64,000 nucleotides of DNA from Octopus sinensis (Eukaryota), in NCBI RefSeq assembly GCF_006345805.1, contig NC_043016.1:25730001-25794000 (forward strand), in the 5' to 3' direction. The translations under genes and the position numbers were made by a program. Under the pieces are notes generated by a model. It was given only the letters and a program-made list of their open reading frames with translations. It had not been told where the DNA came from and did not search any database. How positions within the stretch are numbered: position 1 is the stretch's first letter; the number at the start of each line of letters is the position of its first letter. Positions 23,679-36,091 of the stretch are shown piece by piece.

Positions 23679-24078
23679 TATTTCTTTATTGCCCACAAGG
23701 AGACAAACAAGACAGACAAAGGGATTAAGTTGATTACATCGACTCCAGTGCGTAACTGGTACTTATTTAATCGACCCTGAAAGGATGAAAGGCAGAGTCA
23801 ACCTTGGCGTAATTTGAACTCAGATTGTAATGGCAAACGAAATACCTATTTCTTTACTGCCCACAAGGGGCTACACACAGAGGTGACAAACAAGGACAGA
23901 CAAACGGATTAAGTCGATTATATCGACCCAGTACGTAACTGGTACTTATTTAATTGACCCCAAAAGGATGAAAGGCAAAGTTGACCTCGACGGAATTTGA
24001 ATTCAGAACGTAGCCGCAGATGAAATATCGCTAAGCATTTCGCTCGGTGTGCTAACGTTTCTGCCAAGTCACCGCCTT
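23679..24078 (-). mobile_element. Head-to-tail dimer of SINE family B with one 20-bp TSD
   Basis: Full monomer 23847-24078 plus head-truncated monomer 23679-23846. The TSD gtttatctctcatcttttct is at 23659-23678 and 24079-24098. Confidence 0.92.
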
Positions 24079-24235
24079 GTTTATCTCTCATCTTTTCTGT
24101 TGTGTTTCTGTACTCAGCACTATGGTAGAGTCAAAATTTACTCCATTTATCAAAACCTTATTTGAAATGTTCTGAATATGATGTTTAAGTTGAATCAGTA
24201 CTGAGCATTATAAGTTTTTTCTCAATACCCGCCCA

Positions 24236-24308
<73 letters not shown>

Positions 24309-24799
24309 AATCTTTTGTTTTGGCAGTAAATGTAGCAACTTTGTTATGATTTAGTGCTTTTAAGACCACTCAATTATAAAGTGATATGAGACATAGAGAC
24401 CAGTACAGGTGACAGACAGATATGAAAGAAAGTTTGGTCCAAATGAGAATTGTCAGGTTGAATACAACAACAGCATTGCAAAGATAGTGGGATAGAGTTA
24501 GTGATTTGTGAGTAGAATGTGAGATTTAGAAATAAATGTAACAAATGATTGATATAGAAAAAAGACAGCTGAACTTCTTTTAATGACAGAAACACCCTTA
24601 TTTCACTAAAAAGTGATGATAATTTTGCTCTATTAAAATGAAAACAAAAATTCTTTTGGTTTTTAAAAGATTGTGTGACACTGTTGCTCCACTAAAAGAT
24701 GACACAGTTTTGTTTCATCAGAAGAGATGAAATGACATTCTTTTGGTTAGCTAAAAATCAAATAAATATATATATCGAAGAAAAAAAAAAAGAAAAAAA

Positions 24800-24963
24800 A
24801 TTGGCTGTGTGATAAGAAGCTTGCTTCCTAGCCACATGGTTCTGTGTTCAGTTCCACTGTGTGACACCTTGGGCAAGTGTCTTCTACTATAGCCTCAGCC
24901 CAACCAAAGCCTTGTGAGTGGATTTGGTTGATGGAAACTAAAAGAAGTCCATCAAATGTGTAT

Positions 24964-25002
<39 letters not shown>

Positions 25003-25292
25003 GCCTCAGGCCAACCAAAGCCTTGTGGGTGGATTTGGTAGACAGAAAGTGAAAGAAGCCTATCATATTTATTTGTGTCTGTGTTTGTTCCCCACCACCA
25101 CTTGGCAACCAGTGTTGGTTTGTTTGCATCTCCATAACTCAGAGGTTCAACTAAAGGAACTGATAGAATAAGCCCCAAGCTTTAAAAAAAAAAATATCTC
25201 GAGTTGATTCATTCAACTAAAAATTCTTTAAGACAGTAGTACCCCAGCATGAATGCAGTCTTGTGACTGAAACAAGTAAAAGATAAAAGATT
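24800..25292 (+). mobile_element. SINE family A with a direct internal duplication across (GT)n
   Basis: The gcctcag...ccaaccaaagccttgtg...gaaagaagcc segment occurs twice, separated by (GT)n. Confidence 0.8.
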
Positions 25293-25723
25293 GAACAGCC
25301 ATAGTTATAATGATTCGAGCTCAGTTTGATGAACAGTGAACTTATCCATGAAAAATATTCTTACCCCAGAGAATTTTACAATATATAGATAGGCTGAATG
25401 TGTATGAATTAGACGAATATACAGGTAGTATGTTAGTCTTCCCTTTGGCATGTGAACTTATTTGAATTTGTGAATCATACTAAACACTATTCATCAACAC
25501 CGACAATCACTAGTTTCCTTAGAGATGATGACCAGACATGTGTATATGTGTGTAGCTGTCTTGTTTTGCTTTTCATATCACCATATGGTTTATAACAACG
25601 TATATTCTTCTTCATTTTAAACATCTAGGTTTCTATAACTGGCGAAATGATACATATCTATTTTTTAAATACCGTTTATGGAAACATATGTTCAAGGGTT
25701 GTCTAGATAAATCCTTTTAAATA

Positions 25724-26235
25724 TTTTATATATAAAACTGTAGTTGTGTGAGTGTCTGTCCCCTTCGATTTAGATTCCTAACTACTCCCACATTTTGTGG
25801 TGCAGTTTAACCAAAACTGGGTATCTTATAGTCGTGATTCATATCGAGCCCATCTAAGTATTTGCGCGCGTCTACGATGAGTCTACGATTTTAAAAATAA
25901 TTTAACATCATTTTTTATTCCATTTTAATGCATATTTTTTCGTGTGTCGATGGCGGCAGAATTGGCATCCATGGTCACACCTGCACCTGTTTGCTTCTCC
26001 CCCTTCTTCCCTCCCTCGTGAAGCTGTGGGGAAGGGAGTGTAAGGAAATCAACGTCGTAAAGCGTTGTCAAGGAGACCAGCATTCTTTTAGAACAACGAC
26101 TTCATGGCTTGAAGACACCAAAACAGAAATGGCTAAGAAAGCCCGAATTGGCATCTATAAGGGAAGTAACTCTCTAAAAATGCTTATATAGTTATTTCCC
26201 TTACAAACCCGAGCAACGCCGGGCGATACTGCTAG
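25724..26235 (+). mobile_element. Non-autonomous Helitron H1 (copy 2)
   Basis: Highly similar to 6307-6819. Hairpin cccgagcaacgccggg at 26208-26223 and CTAG at 26232-26235, followed by T. Confidence 0.88.
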
Positions 26236-26402
26236 TATTTTATATTACTGTATTAATTTTTTCATGATATGAATTGATTAACTAGTTAGTGAAATAGTTT
26301 TTTTTTTACACAATTCCCATCATTTCCATATTGATTTTCTAAGTTAATGTTAATTGTTTGTATCTTTATAAACATTTTGATATAAGTTCCATCAAAAGTT
26401 AA

Positions 26403-26619
26403 CCCTTTTGTTACCAACCCGGCTGAAACCGGCTCTGGATCTGTAGTACAAATGTCTTGTTTTCGTAAGTTTTGAATTAAAATTTTCCACCAAACCTTAG
26501 TCACAATTAATGTTCCTAACACTAGCTTAATGATAAGTTATTTTTCTAAATTCTTTGTTATATCTAAAATAATTGAGAGAAACAAAGAGAATCTCAAAAT
26601 AAATACAGTAATGAAAGGG
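26403..26619 (+). mobile_element. TTAA-flanked MITE family M2
   Basis: TTAA-CCCTTTTGTTAC ... GTAATGAAAGGG-TTAA. Related to 58039-58315. Confidence 0.85.
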
Positions 26620-26628
26620 TTAAAGTGA

Positions 26629-26664
<36 letters not shown>

Positions 26665-27040
26665 ATAGAGTTATAAAACATGTCCTCATGAAATAAATTC
26701 ACATATTTCAGTCCTTCAAAGTATAATCATAGTTATTATATTTTATATGAGTTGAAAATACTGGAAAATACTTATTGGCAGAATAATTACATATTAAAAC
26801 AGTTTGATGTCTGCTTTGGCATAGTTTCTACAGCTTGATGCTCTTCCTCATGCCGACCACTTCACAGAGTGTACTGGGTGCTTTTTTTTTTTATGGTCGA
26901 GCACAGGTGAGGTCACTGAATACTTGCAAGACAAGTCCTTTCAGCTGAGTATCAAGAAATATGAAAGTATGATGGGGAAACAGGGGCAAGTATCTTGCTC
27001 AAGAAGTAAATACATGACTTTCCCACCTGGAAAGTGAGAA

Positions 27041-27079
<39 letters not shown>

Positions 27080-28724
27080 TATCAAGGTGCAGGGTGAATA
27101 TGAAAGAGAAAATAAGATAGAGAAATAGGATGAGAGGGTAGGTAAGTGTGCTAGAGTGAAAAGAGTGTGCCAAATTAGAAATGGGATGGAGATGGATACA
27201 GTAAATATCAATGTAGGGTAGGAGCTGTGAAGGAAAGAAATAGGTGACAAGTGTCAATAGAAAAAATGCAATATGAAATGTGGATGGGATAAGTGGTTTA
27301 GGCAATCGGTTGACAACTAGTATGTTGTCAGTTTGATTCTTGGACAAGTTTTTTAGCAAAGCACTTCTTATTTCGCAGTGTTCTCCTCTAGTTGGCTGAA
27401 AATGAGTACCAACTGGGTGCTAATGCAGGTCTTTCTGTCCTTCAAGTTGTCACATCTTGGATGTGTTGCTAGGATAAAGGGTGGGACTATGAAGTGGGTG
27501 AACTTATGTGATTGTGAATATTTGTGAACCTGAAGAAAAAAATTCGCAACAGTTTGGTACATGTTATCAAACAATACTCATTCTTGGGTAGTAATTCACA
27601 CACACTGATTGATAGATAGATATGTGTATACACACACACGTGTCTGCATATATGTGTGTGTACATGAGCTGGAAACTGAAAGAAGCCCATGTGTCTGTGT
27701 GTACATATATATACACTTATGCATATGTATCAACTTCAAGATACCTCACATTGTACTACGCTGGGTACTGGAGTGAAGTGTGGAATTCACTGCTGAGTCC
27801 AGTCTTATGAGTTGCACTTCACACTGTTTTTTTTTTTTTTAGTTCCTCATATGTATGTATATACATATACCGTAATCCATCTAATAGGCTTCTACAGGTG
27901 TTTCCATTTTCACCTGTCCAATTTTATCCACACACTGTGGATCAATCTGAGGTTATAGAACATGACACTTGCCCTAGATGTCATGCAGCAGAATTGAAAC
28001 TGGAAACCGAACTACAAAGAGAACTTTTTGACCTTTCAGTTATACCATGCCTATGTATATGGCTATGTGCGCGCGCACACACACACACACACACACAAAC
28101 ACACACATGCTTATTCTGTTTCTTGGTTCTATTTCTCATAATAAAAGCTTGGTTTATTATTTTATATTGTTGTTTATATTCTTTCTATAGGATAAAAAAT
28201 TGTATTTAAATAGCAACAACAATGAAAATAAAAAAAGACCTTAAAACTCCTTTGGATCTCATTTACCAGAAGATCCAAGAAGTTCTGAGTCAGAGTAATA
28301 TCTGAATAACAACAACAACAACAACAATAATATCTATATGTAAAAGAGAAATGTATTTGTATCTGTTATTGGTGAGGTTTTTTGGGGGGATTTTTTTATT
28401 TATTTATTTATTTATTCTGTTCTTGTTCTTTAGTTAGTATGTGAAAGTTATTCATAAAGTGTTGGTAGCAAGCTGGAGTTCCATTCTGCAGTCATTCTCA
28501 ACAGGAAGTGGGGATGTTTTGCATTCTTTATTCCCACCCACCCCATGTTTGATTTATACATTCAAGAAGGAAGTGAAGCCATTTCTAGATCAAGTTTCAT
28601 ACTAAGGGGAGAATGGTTTGGTGTGTATCTGTGTGTAGTGTAGAAACTATATAAGAGGTGTTGGTGTTGGTGATGGTGGTAGGTTTATTGGTAGTGCTCC
28701 ATAGTGTTGATGGTGCCAGGACGG

Positions 28725-28935
28725 AGTGAATTGGTGGAATCATTTAAGCGTCAGACAAAATGCCTTTCAGTATTTGTTCTGCCTCTTTACTTTCTGAGTT
28801 CAAATCTATCTGAGGTCAGCTTTGCAGTTCATTCCTCTGAGTTTTTGATGAAATATAGTACCAGCCAAGTACTGAGGTCAGTGGTAATGATAAATCCCCT
28901 CTGTTCAAAAATGCTGGCCTTATGCCTAAATCAAA
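28725..28935 (+). mobile_element. SINE family B, diverged
   Basis: ctgagttcaaatc...ggtcagctttgc...agtaccag. Confidence 0.7.
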
Positions 28936-29122
28936 AGCAATTATTATTTATTAATTATGGATTTGTATCAGCATGCTTGAATGATGTTACTGCAAGTGTT
29001 GGACACCAAGCACATTGAGAGGACCAGCATTGCTCTAAACAACTATGAAATAATTACAAGAGCCAAAAATCGACCAGAAAATGGTGTGCATTTACCACTA
29101 GGCACCTGGACAGACAAGTTAA

Positions 29123-29341
29123 TCCTTCAGCATTTAGTTTATTCTGTCAAATGTAATACTTATTTATTCACTTTGTTTTTAATAATCATGCATTATCTTG
29201 TAGCTTTGAGATTTTGGTAATGTGATGGTTTATTTTTGAAATTGTAGGGTAGGTGTGAGAGCCCAGATCTGGTCAGTTTAAACAAAAAAAAAAAAACCCC
29301 AGAATATTTGGGCTGGATATGACTGGTTTAAATGCTAGAGT
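29123..29341 (+). mobile_element. MITE family M1
   Basis: The body matches 44077-44299. Confidence 0.75.
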
Positions 29342-29419
29342 TTTAAATTATTCAGGGTATGGTTTGGTAGAGAATAATTGGAAGAGAGTGATGAGCAGAG
29401 TGGTTACTCTCACCTTGAA

Positions 29420-30445
29420 ATAAGTCAAGAGGAACCTATTCTTGAAAGATCAGGCTGTGATGACACATGACTACATCCCCTCTGTCATGTGTTATTACCT
29501 GACTGTTGTGCTCCTGCCCCAGTTCATTTTCTGACCAAATTGAATTGTATGCTTTTCCACTTTTTATAGCCAGGTGTTCCATTTACTGTCAACACCTGCT
29601 GTGCTGAGGATTGGGCATGCTGTGGCTGATGATGCACAGGTATGCACTGAGACTGTAACATCTCCAGCATGTCTTAACCTTGAACAAGTGCTAGCTGCAA
29701 TTTGTCAGATACATTTTTTACAGCTCATTTATTTGAAAAAGCTGCAGTCTCATGTCAAGCAAAGACTAAGACAGGGTGCTTGGCATCTGGAATGTCATAT
29801 GTTCACAGACCTCTACTAGTTGGGCAATACATTGGGTAGAAATTAGAAATTGGTTTTATAGAGGTTTAGTGGTGGGCAAAAATAATGATGTACTTAAGGA
29901 AATGCTGGACATTGAAGAAACTCAAATGGTTGATCTGTTTTGGAGGATTTTCTGGCCTGGAGCCATAGATTATTTTCTGGAAATCCCTGGCCTGGCAGTG
30001 CTACAGGGAGGCACTGCTAGTTTGAGATCAACTCTACAGTCATGGAAATGCTGTCAACCGGACTTGTCTGAAGTGTGTACCGAGCAACAAAACCATTCTG
30101 CATGCACCCATCCGATGCCCAAGCATATTATGTGGAACTGCTCCTCTCACATATAGGAGTGATCCAGCTATCTACTGAGTCCATTGTGAAGATCATCCTC
30201 TTACCCTCCTTAAACAGGAAGGGCATACCTGCCTGGTGGCCTTAACAAAAGAGATTGTGTGGGTGCATGTGACTGAAAGGGCAGAAGACAAGTACCTTCC
30301 TCTTTGGCCAAGCCCTCACAAACTTTTGTTTCACTTGATAATCAAATGAGAGCAAAGAAGGGGAGTGCTGTTTCCTAGCAAATTTGTTGAAAGGTGGCTG
30401 TGTGTTGTGAGCATGGCCTGAGTGAATGGAGTTCTTAGCATGTAG
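29420..30445 (+). mobile_element. Decayed L1/Tx1-clade LINE ORF2 C-terminus
   Basis: Frame-broken translation gives KRNLFLKDQAV...IPSVMCYYLTVV, GLGMLWLMMHRYALRL (from 29608) and a C-x2-C-x8-H-x4-C zinc knuckle (30065-30118). There are multiple stops and frameshifts. Confidence 0.8.
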
Positions 30446-30769
30446 CTGTAGATTGAGAAAGAACAATTGAGAGAGGGTATTTACCTTAGTAGTCAGGATG
30501 ACCCATGGTTTTCTTTTTCTTTGTGATATTTCCATGATTATCCCTTATATGTGTGTTCTCACATTGTGGAGAATTTGGTGGGGGGGGGGGATTTCTTTTT
30601 ATAAGTATCACTTGAGCAATGGGATCATTGCAATCGACTCACTCCCTTCCTTGAAATTGCTGGCTTTGTGTCAAAATTTGAAACCATTATTACTGTTGTT
30701 GTTCTTTTTATTATTATTATTATTATTATTATTGATTTGTGCTTAATTTGAAACCATTGTTGTTATTAT

Positions 30770-31235
30770 TGTGGTGCTGGTGGTGCTGGAGACAGTAGTT
30801 ATTTGGTTGTTACATTAGTGTATCAGACAGATCTACCATGCTGTATTTAGTTACAACTCTTTAAATTCTGAGTTCAAATCCTGCTAAGGTCCACTTTGCC
30901 TTTCAACCTTTCAAGATCATCAATAAAATAAAATACTAGTTGAGCACTAAGATCAATATAATCGACTCACCTTCTCCCTCGTCTTTGTGCATATAGTAGA
31001 AAGGATTATCATCATCATCATCATCATTATGGTGAGCTGGCAAAATTGTTAGTACGCTGGGCAAAATCCTCAGCAGCACTTTGTCTTTACATTCTGAGTT
31101 CAAATTCCGACTTTGCCTTTCATCCTTTTGAGGTCAATAAATTAAGTACCAGTGAAGCACAGGCATTGATGTAATCGACTAGTCCCCTCCCCACAAATAT
31201 GTAGCTTTGTGTCTCCAGTAGAAAGGATTGTTGTT
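30770..31235 (+). mobile_element. Two tandem SINE family B copies with ATC/ATT tails
   Basis: Two ctgagttcaaat...tttgcctttca motifs. Confidence 0.75.
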
Positions 31236-31236
31236 G

Positions 31237-31268
<32 letters not shown>

Positions 31269-31271
<3 letters not shown>

Positions 31272-31698
31272 TTCTATATTTAAGCGATGAGGAATTATGT
31301 ACAATATTTACATTTGGTGGATATTTCTCCTCATCTTTTTTGTTGTTAACACAGCATTTCAGCTGTTATACCCTCCAGCCTTCATCAGGTGTCTTGGGGA
31401 AATTTCGAACCTGGGTTCCCATTTCTAAGATATATTCCCATGGGCATGTGGCGTAGTGGTTAAGAGCGCGGGCTACCAACCCCAAGATTCTGAGTTCGAT
31501 TCCAGGCAGTGACCTGAATAATAATAATAATAATAAAAGTAACAACAACAACATCAAAAAATACCTTAGGAATGAGAACCCAGGTCCAAAATTTCCCCAA
31601 GACACCTGATGAAGGCTGGAGGGTATATCAGCCGAAACAGTTCAACAACAAACAAGATGAGGACAAATATCTGTCAAATCTAAATAATGTAAATAATA
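31269..31698 (+). mobile_element. tRNA-headed composite with a hammerhead-bearing Penelope-like tail and an upstream inverted tail copy
   Basis: Inverted tail ~31269-31433, A box TGGCGTAGTGG 31449-31459, B box GTTCGATTCC 31494-31503, (AAT)n, then forward tail 31559-31698 with CTGATGA 31606-31612, stem GGCTG/CAGCC and GAAA 31634-31637. Confidence 0.7.
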
Positions 31699-31769
31699 AT
31701 AATAATAATAATTATTATTATTATTATTATTATTATTATTGCAAAAATGATTATTAAAGATGCAGGTCA

Positions 31770-32290
31770 GTGGATTGGTAAAAGAGTTCAAGTTGTCATC
31801 AAAAATATATTGTATTTCGTTCTTTATATTCTGAGTTCAAACCCTGCTTAGATCAACCCTGCCTTTCATCTTTCCATAGGAAAGAGGAGGTGAAGCATGA
31901 TAAAATAAAGTACCAGTCATGTACTTGGGTCATTGTTATAGATTTGTCCCCTCTCCCATTAAAATTGTTGGCCTTAAACCAAAATTTGAAACAATTATAT
32001 AACCACCACCACCACCACCATCATCATCATCATTAGTATCATTAAGATGATAAGCTAACTGCAAGTTACTGGTGTGTTGGATCAAATGCTCATCATCATT
32101 TCTTCTAACTGTTTACATTCTGAGTTAAGATTCCGCCACCAAAGTCAACTTTGTCTTTTATCTTTTTGGGGTTCAATGAAATAAAATGCCTGCCAGGTAC
32201 TGCAATTGATGTTATCAACTAAACCACCACCACCACCAAAACCCACTAAAATTACTGACCTTGTACCATAATTTTAAACTATTATTATCA
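31770..32290 (+). mobile_element. Two more tandem diverged SINE family B copies
   Basis: Family B central motifs followed by (CAC/ATC/ATT)n tails. Confidence 0.65.
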
Positions 32291-32299
32291 TCATCATCA

Positions 32300-32379
<80 letters not shown>

Positions 32380-33225
32380 TATCTATTTATTTATTTAGAA
32401 TGGATCCTATTTATGAAAATTAAGATAAAAATGGAAAAGAAAAAACAGAAAAAACGATGTTATAAGTTGGAGTAACAAATAGGTTTGTGTTGAGCAAATG
32501 TTGCCAATTTATAAACTTGGTACCTTTTTTTTACCATTATTATAGAATTTGTTGTTATTGTTATTATTGTTGTTTAGTCCCAGGCTTACCTTGATCCAAT
32601 AGACCTTATGGTTAATGAAGTCCCAGCTATGACCATCCCACCTATTCATTTGTTTTATTCAAAAGTAGTTGTAGTTGTACAGTTGCACAATTAGCTTAGC
32701 AGCAACATGGTCTGGGTTTGGTTCCACTGCATGGCACCTTAGGCTCACCTATAGCCCAGGATTGACCAATACCTTGTGAGTTGAACTGGTATATGGAAAT
32801 TATGTGAAAGTCCTTCATGTATGTGTGTGTATGTATATACATATATATATATTTATATATACACACTCACGTAGATCAATTTCAACAATCTCAGAAAAAC
32901 ACCCAATTCTTTATTTCTTCCTCTCTTTCTTTTTATTTGTTTTTGTTTAAAAACTCACAAAATACGTACGTACACACACATGTATACATGCACATATAGA
33001 TTCAAAGTGACAAGAACATCTCGATTAATCAGTCTCAAAAGACCCTGTTTCCAAATCTCAAGAAAACAGATCCAACTCCAAATTTTGTTCAACTAACTCA
33101 CATATATATAAAAGCATGAATTTTCTATTAGAAATCATTCGTGATGAATTTCCTCTTTCTTAATATGCAAAACCTACACACACACACACCATCATCATCA
33201 CTGTTTAACATCTGCTTTCCATGCA

Positions 33226-33259
<34 letters not shown>

Positions 33260-33265
33260 TATATA

Positions 33266-33672
33266 TCTTTTTCTCTTTTTACTTGTTTCAGTCATTTGAC
33301 TGCGGCCATGCTGGAGCACCGCCTTTAGTTGAGCAAATCGACCCCGGGACTTATTCTTTGTAAGCCCAGTACTTATTCTATCGGTCTCTTTTGCCGAACC
33401 GCTAAGTGACGGGGACGTAAACACACCAGCATCGGTTGTCAAGCAATGCTAGGGGAACAAACACAGACACACAAACATATTCACACACACTTATATATAT
33501 ATACATGTATACAACAGGCTTCTTTCAGTTTCCGTCTACCAAATCCACTCACAAGGCATTGGTCGGCCCGGGGCTATAGCAGAAGACACGTGCCCAAGAT
33601 GCCACGCAGTGGGACTGAACCCGGAACCATGTGGTTGGTTAGCAAGCTACTTACCAAACAGCCACTCCTGCG

Positions 33673-33677
<5 letters not shown>
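33266..33677 (-). mobile_element. SINE family A, full length, young
   Basis: Complete reverse-complement copy that retains its CpGs. Confidence 0.95.
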
Positions 33678-33708
<31 letters not shown>

Positions 33709-33903
33709 GCAAATAGGGTTGTAATCCAAAATATGTCCTTGTGAAGCACATCTGCATATTCCAGTACTCCAAAATTGAATGTAGATGTTATAATTGTGTG
33801 ATTGGAAAAAATGTTTTGTATTATTTATTCACCATTACATATATTTCATATACTAATAGGAAATATCTTACATGTTTTACCTATATGTACAATTTTGTAA
33901 TAC

Positions 33904-34572
33904 ATCATCATCATCATCATCACCACCATCCATTGTCCCTGCTGGCATGGGTTGGACTGACCTGAGCTGGCAAGCTGGAGAGTTGCATCAGACTTCAGTC
34001 TGATTTGGCATGGTTACTACAGCTGGATTCTCTTCCTAATGTCAACCACTTTACAGAGTGTACTGGGTGCTTTTATGTAGCACTGCACAGGTGCTATTAT
34101 GTGGCTCTGCATGGGTGCTTTTACGTGATGTTGCACAGGTGCTTTTATGTGTTACCATATGGGCACTTTTACATCTTGCTGCATGGGTGCTTTTACGTGG
34201 CACTGCACAAGTCTATTTATGTGGCACCATCATGAGTGCTTTTAGCAAATTAAACACTTGTAATGGTGAATATATTATACAAAATAAATTTTTCCAATCT
34301 TGTTTTGGTGCGTTTGTGTGTGTGTGTCCCCCCTTGCTTTGACATTGCATGATATCTGTAATCAAGTGTCACTATTGTGCAAGCATTGTCCTTTGCTTAT
34401 CATCTTCTGTAAAAATATGCTTGACCATGGGGAAATATTTATTACCTTATTTGGAAACAGTTGGGGGTTTGGGAACAAGAAGGACATCAGACTAGAAAAT
34501 CTGCCTCAACAAAATTCTGTCTTACTCATGTGAGCATAAAGAAGTTGACATTAAAATAACAATGATGATGAT
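33904..34572. mobile_element. Family D composite: RTE-type tails at both ends pointing outward, with an internal 24-bp tandem array
   Basis: Left (CAT)n...gctggcatgggttggac and right ...catgtgagcat...gacattaaa...gatgatgat. About 8 units of gggtgcttttacgtggcactgcac lie at ~34064-34250. Confidence 0.75.
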
Positions 34573-34575
34573 CAC

Positions 34576-34612
<37 letters not shown>

Positions 34613-36091
34613 ATAATATATACTTTTATATGTAATGACTTTTTTAACAATGTATCTCATAGTGAGTTCAGCTATAAATAACAGCCTACAACGTATTTGG
34701 TTAAAATTTTTGGGGTAGGAAAAGAAACAATGGGTAGCTCTGCTTGCAGGACTTGAGCCATGCATATTCCGAAATCTGGATAAACATGTTTCAAATTACA
34801 CTAAAGTAGTGGCCTGTCTTTCTTTCATCAAATTAAATGCTTTCATCTTACCAATGAGAAAGTATGTTTGCATTTAGAAAGCAAATAGAAGCATCGAGAA
34901 ATATGCAAATAAGTCTTTATGAATGATGTACCTCGCAGTGAATTCAGTTATAATAGCTTTTCATTCATTGGGCTGAAAATCTCTTGGACAAAACAACGGC
35001 AGGAAACTACCTACAGGACTTGAACATAATTTTCTGTAAGCCAGATGGACATATTTCTCAAAGAATCCTGATCTGATGTCAGAGCTGTTGTATGGCATTA
35101 GTCATGATGGTGGAAATGGACTAAAGGACTTACAAAATTTACTGTCATAATAATTCTTCCATTCTGGACATTTTCTGGTTTGCTTAAAGTATCCAGAGAA
35201 ACCAAAAAAAAAAAAACCATTTTTGTTCAACGAATGCCTATACATCTACAAAAAAAAAAAAAAGATATCATTGTGTGTGTGTGTGCGCGCGCGCGCGTGT
35301 GCGTGGGTGTGTAAAGAGGAGGGGAGGGAGACAAGATTTAAATCTAAACAGGCTGGCAGATAGGCAGAAAATTGGTAGATTGGTTACTAAGTAGGTAGAT
35401 ATGTAACTAGACATGTTTATAGCCAAATTGACAAACATGCAGATAGATGGATGGCTAGGAGAATAGATTTGACTGATAGCTAAGTGGGTACATTGAGTTA
35501 TTGCTAGCTGCCTAAATGTTATAACTAGATAGAAAGCTAGATAGATAAATAGTTAGGTAGATAAACAAGTTTATAATTAGATGGAAGGATAGATAAACAA
35601 ACAAAGCTTTATAGCTAGCTATATAACTAGTTAGCTAGCATAGAGGTAGACAGACAGGCTTTTTAGCTTGCTACATATTTAAATTGTTAGACCTACAACA
35701 AAAGATAGATAAATTGACAGATACAACAAAATAGATGTATATTTAAAAAAAAAAAACAAAAAAAAAATGGATAGGCAGTTGGTATTGACTATTGGTTTGA
35801 TGAATATATAGAACAAATGAAAGGTTGTGTGTGTGTATGTATGTGATAATCTACTCCATATGTGGACAGTTAATGCTGGTATAACAGGTTTGTTAGGACA
35901 GCAGACAACTCTGCTGAACATAATTTGTCATCTTATTTGTATGATCACTATAAATGCCTACAGTTTTTTTTTTTTTTTGTAGTTGTTGCTTTTCTTTCTT
36001 CCTATTTTATCAGTATTCAATATGCAGCAATATGTTCCACTAAAAGTACAAGTACTTTCAGCAAATCCTGATGTTTATTATTATTATTATT

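Noticed and set aside
29574-30156. ORFs 29574-29819 and 29776-30156 as host genes
   Set aside because: They are mostly off-frame readings of a decayed L1/Tx1 ORF2. The informative motifs lie in broken frames.
31442-31514. Possible functional tRNA gene
   Set aside because: The A/B boxes are good, but the acceptor stem pairs poorly, the apparent anticodon (ACC) is atypical, and it runs into (AAT)n. Treated as a SINE-like head.
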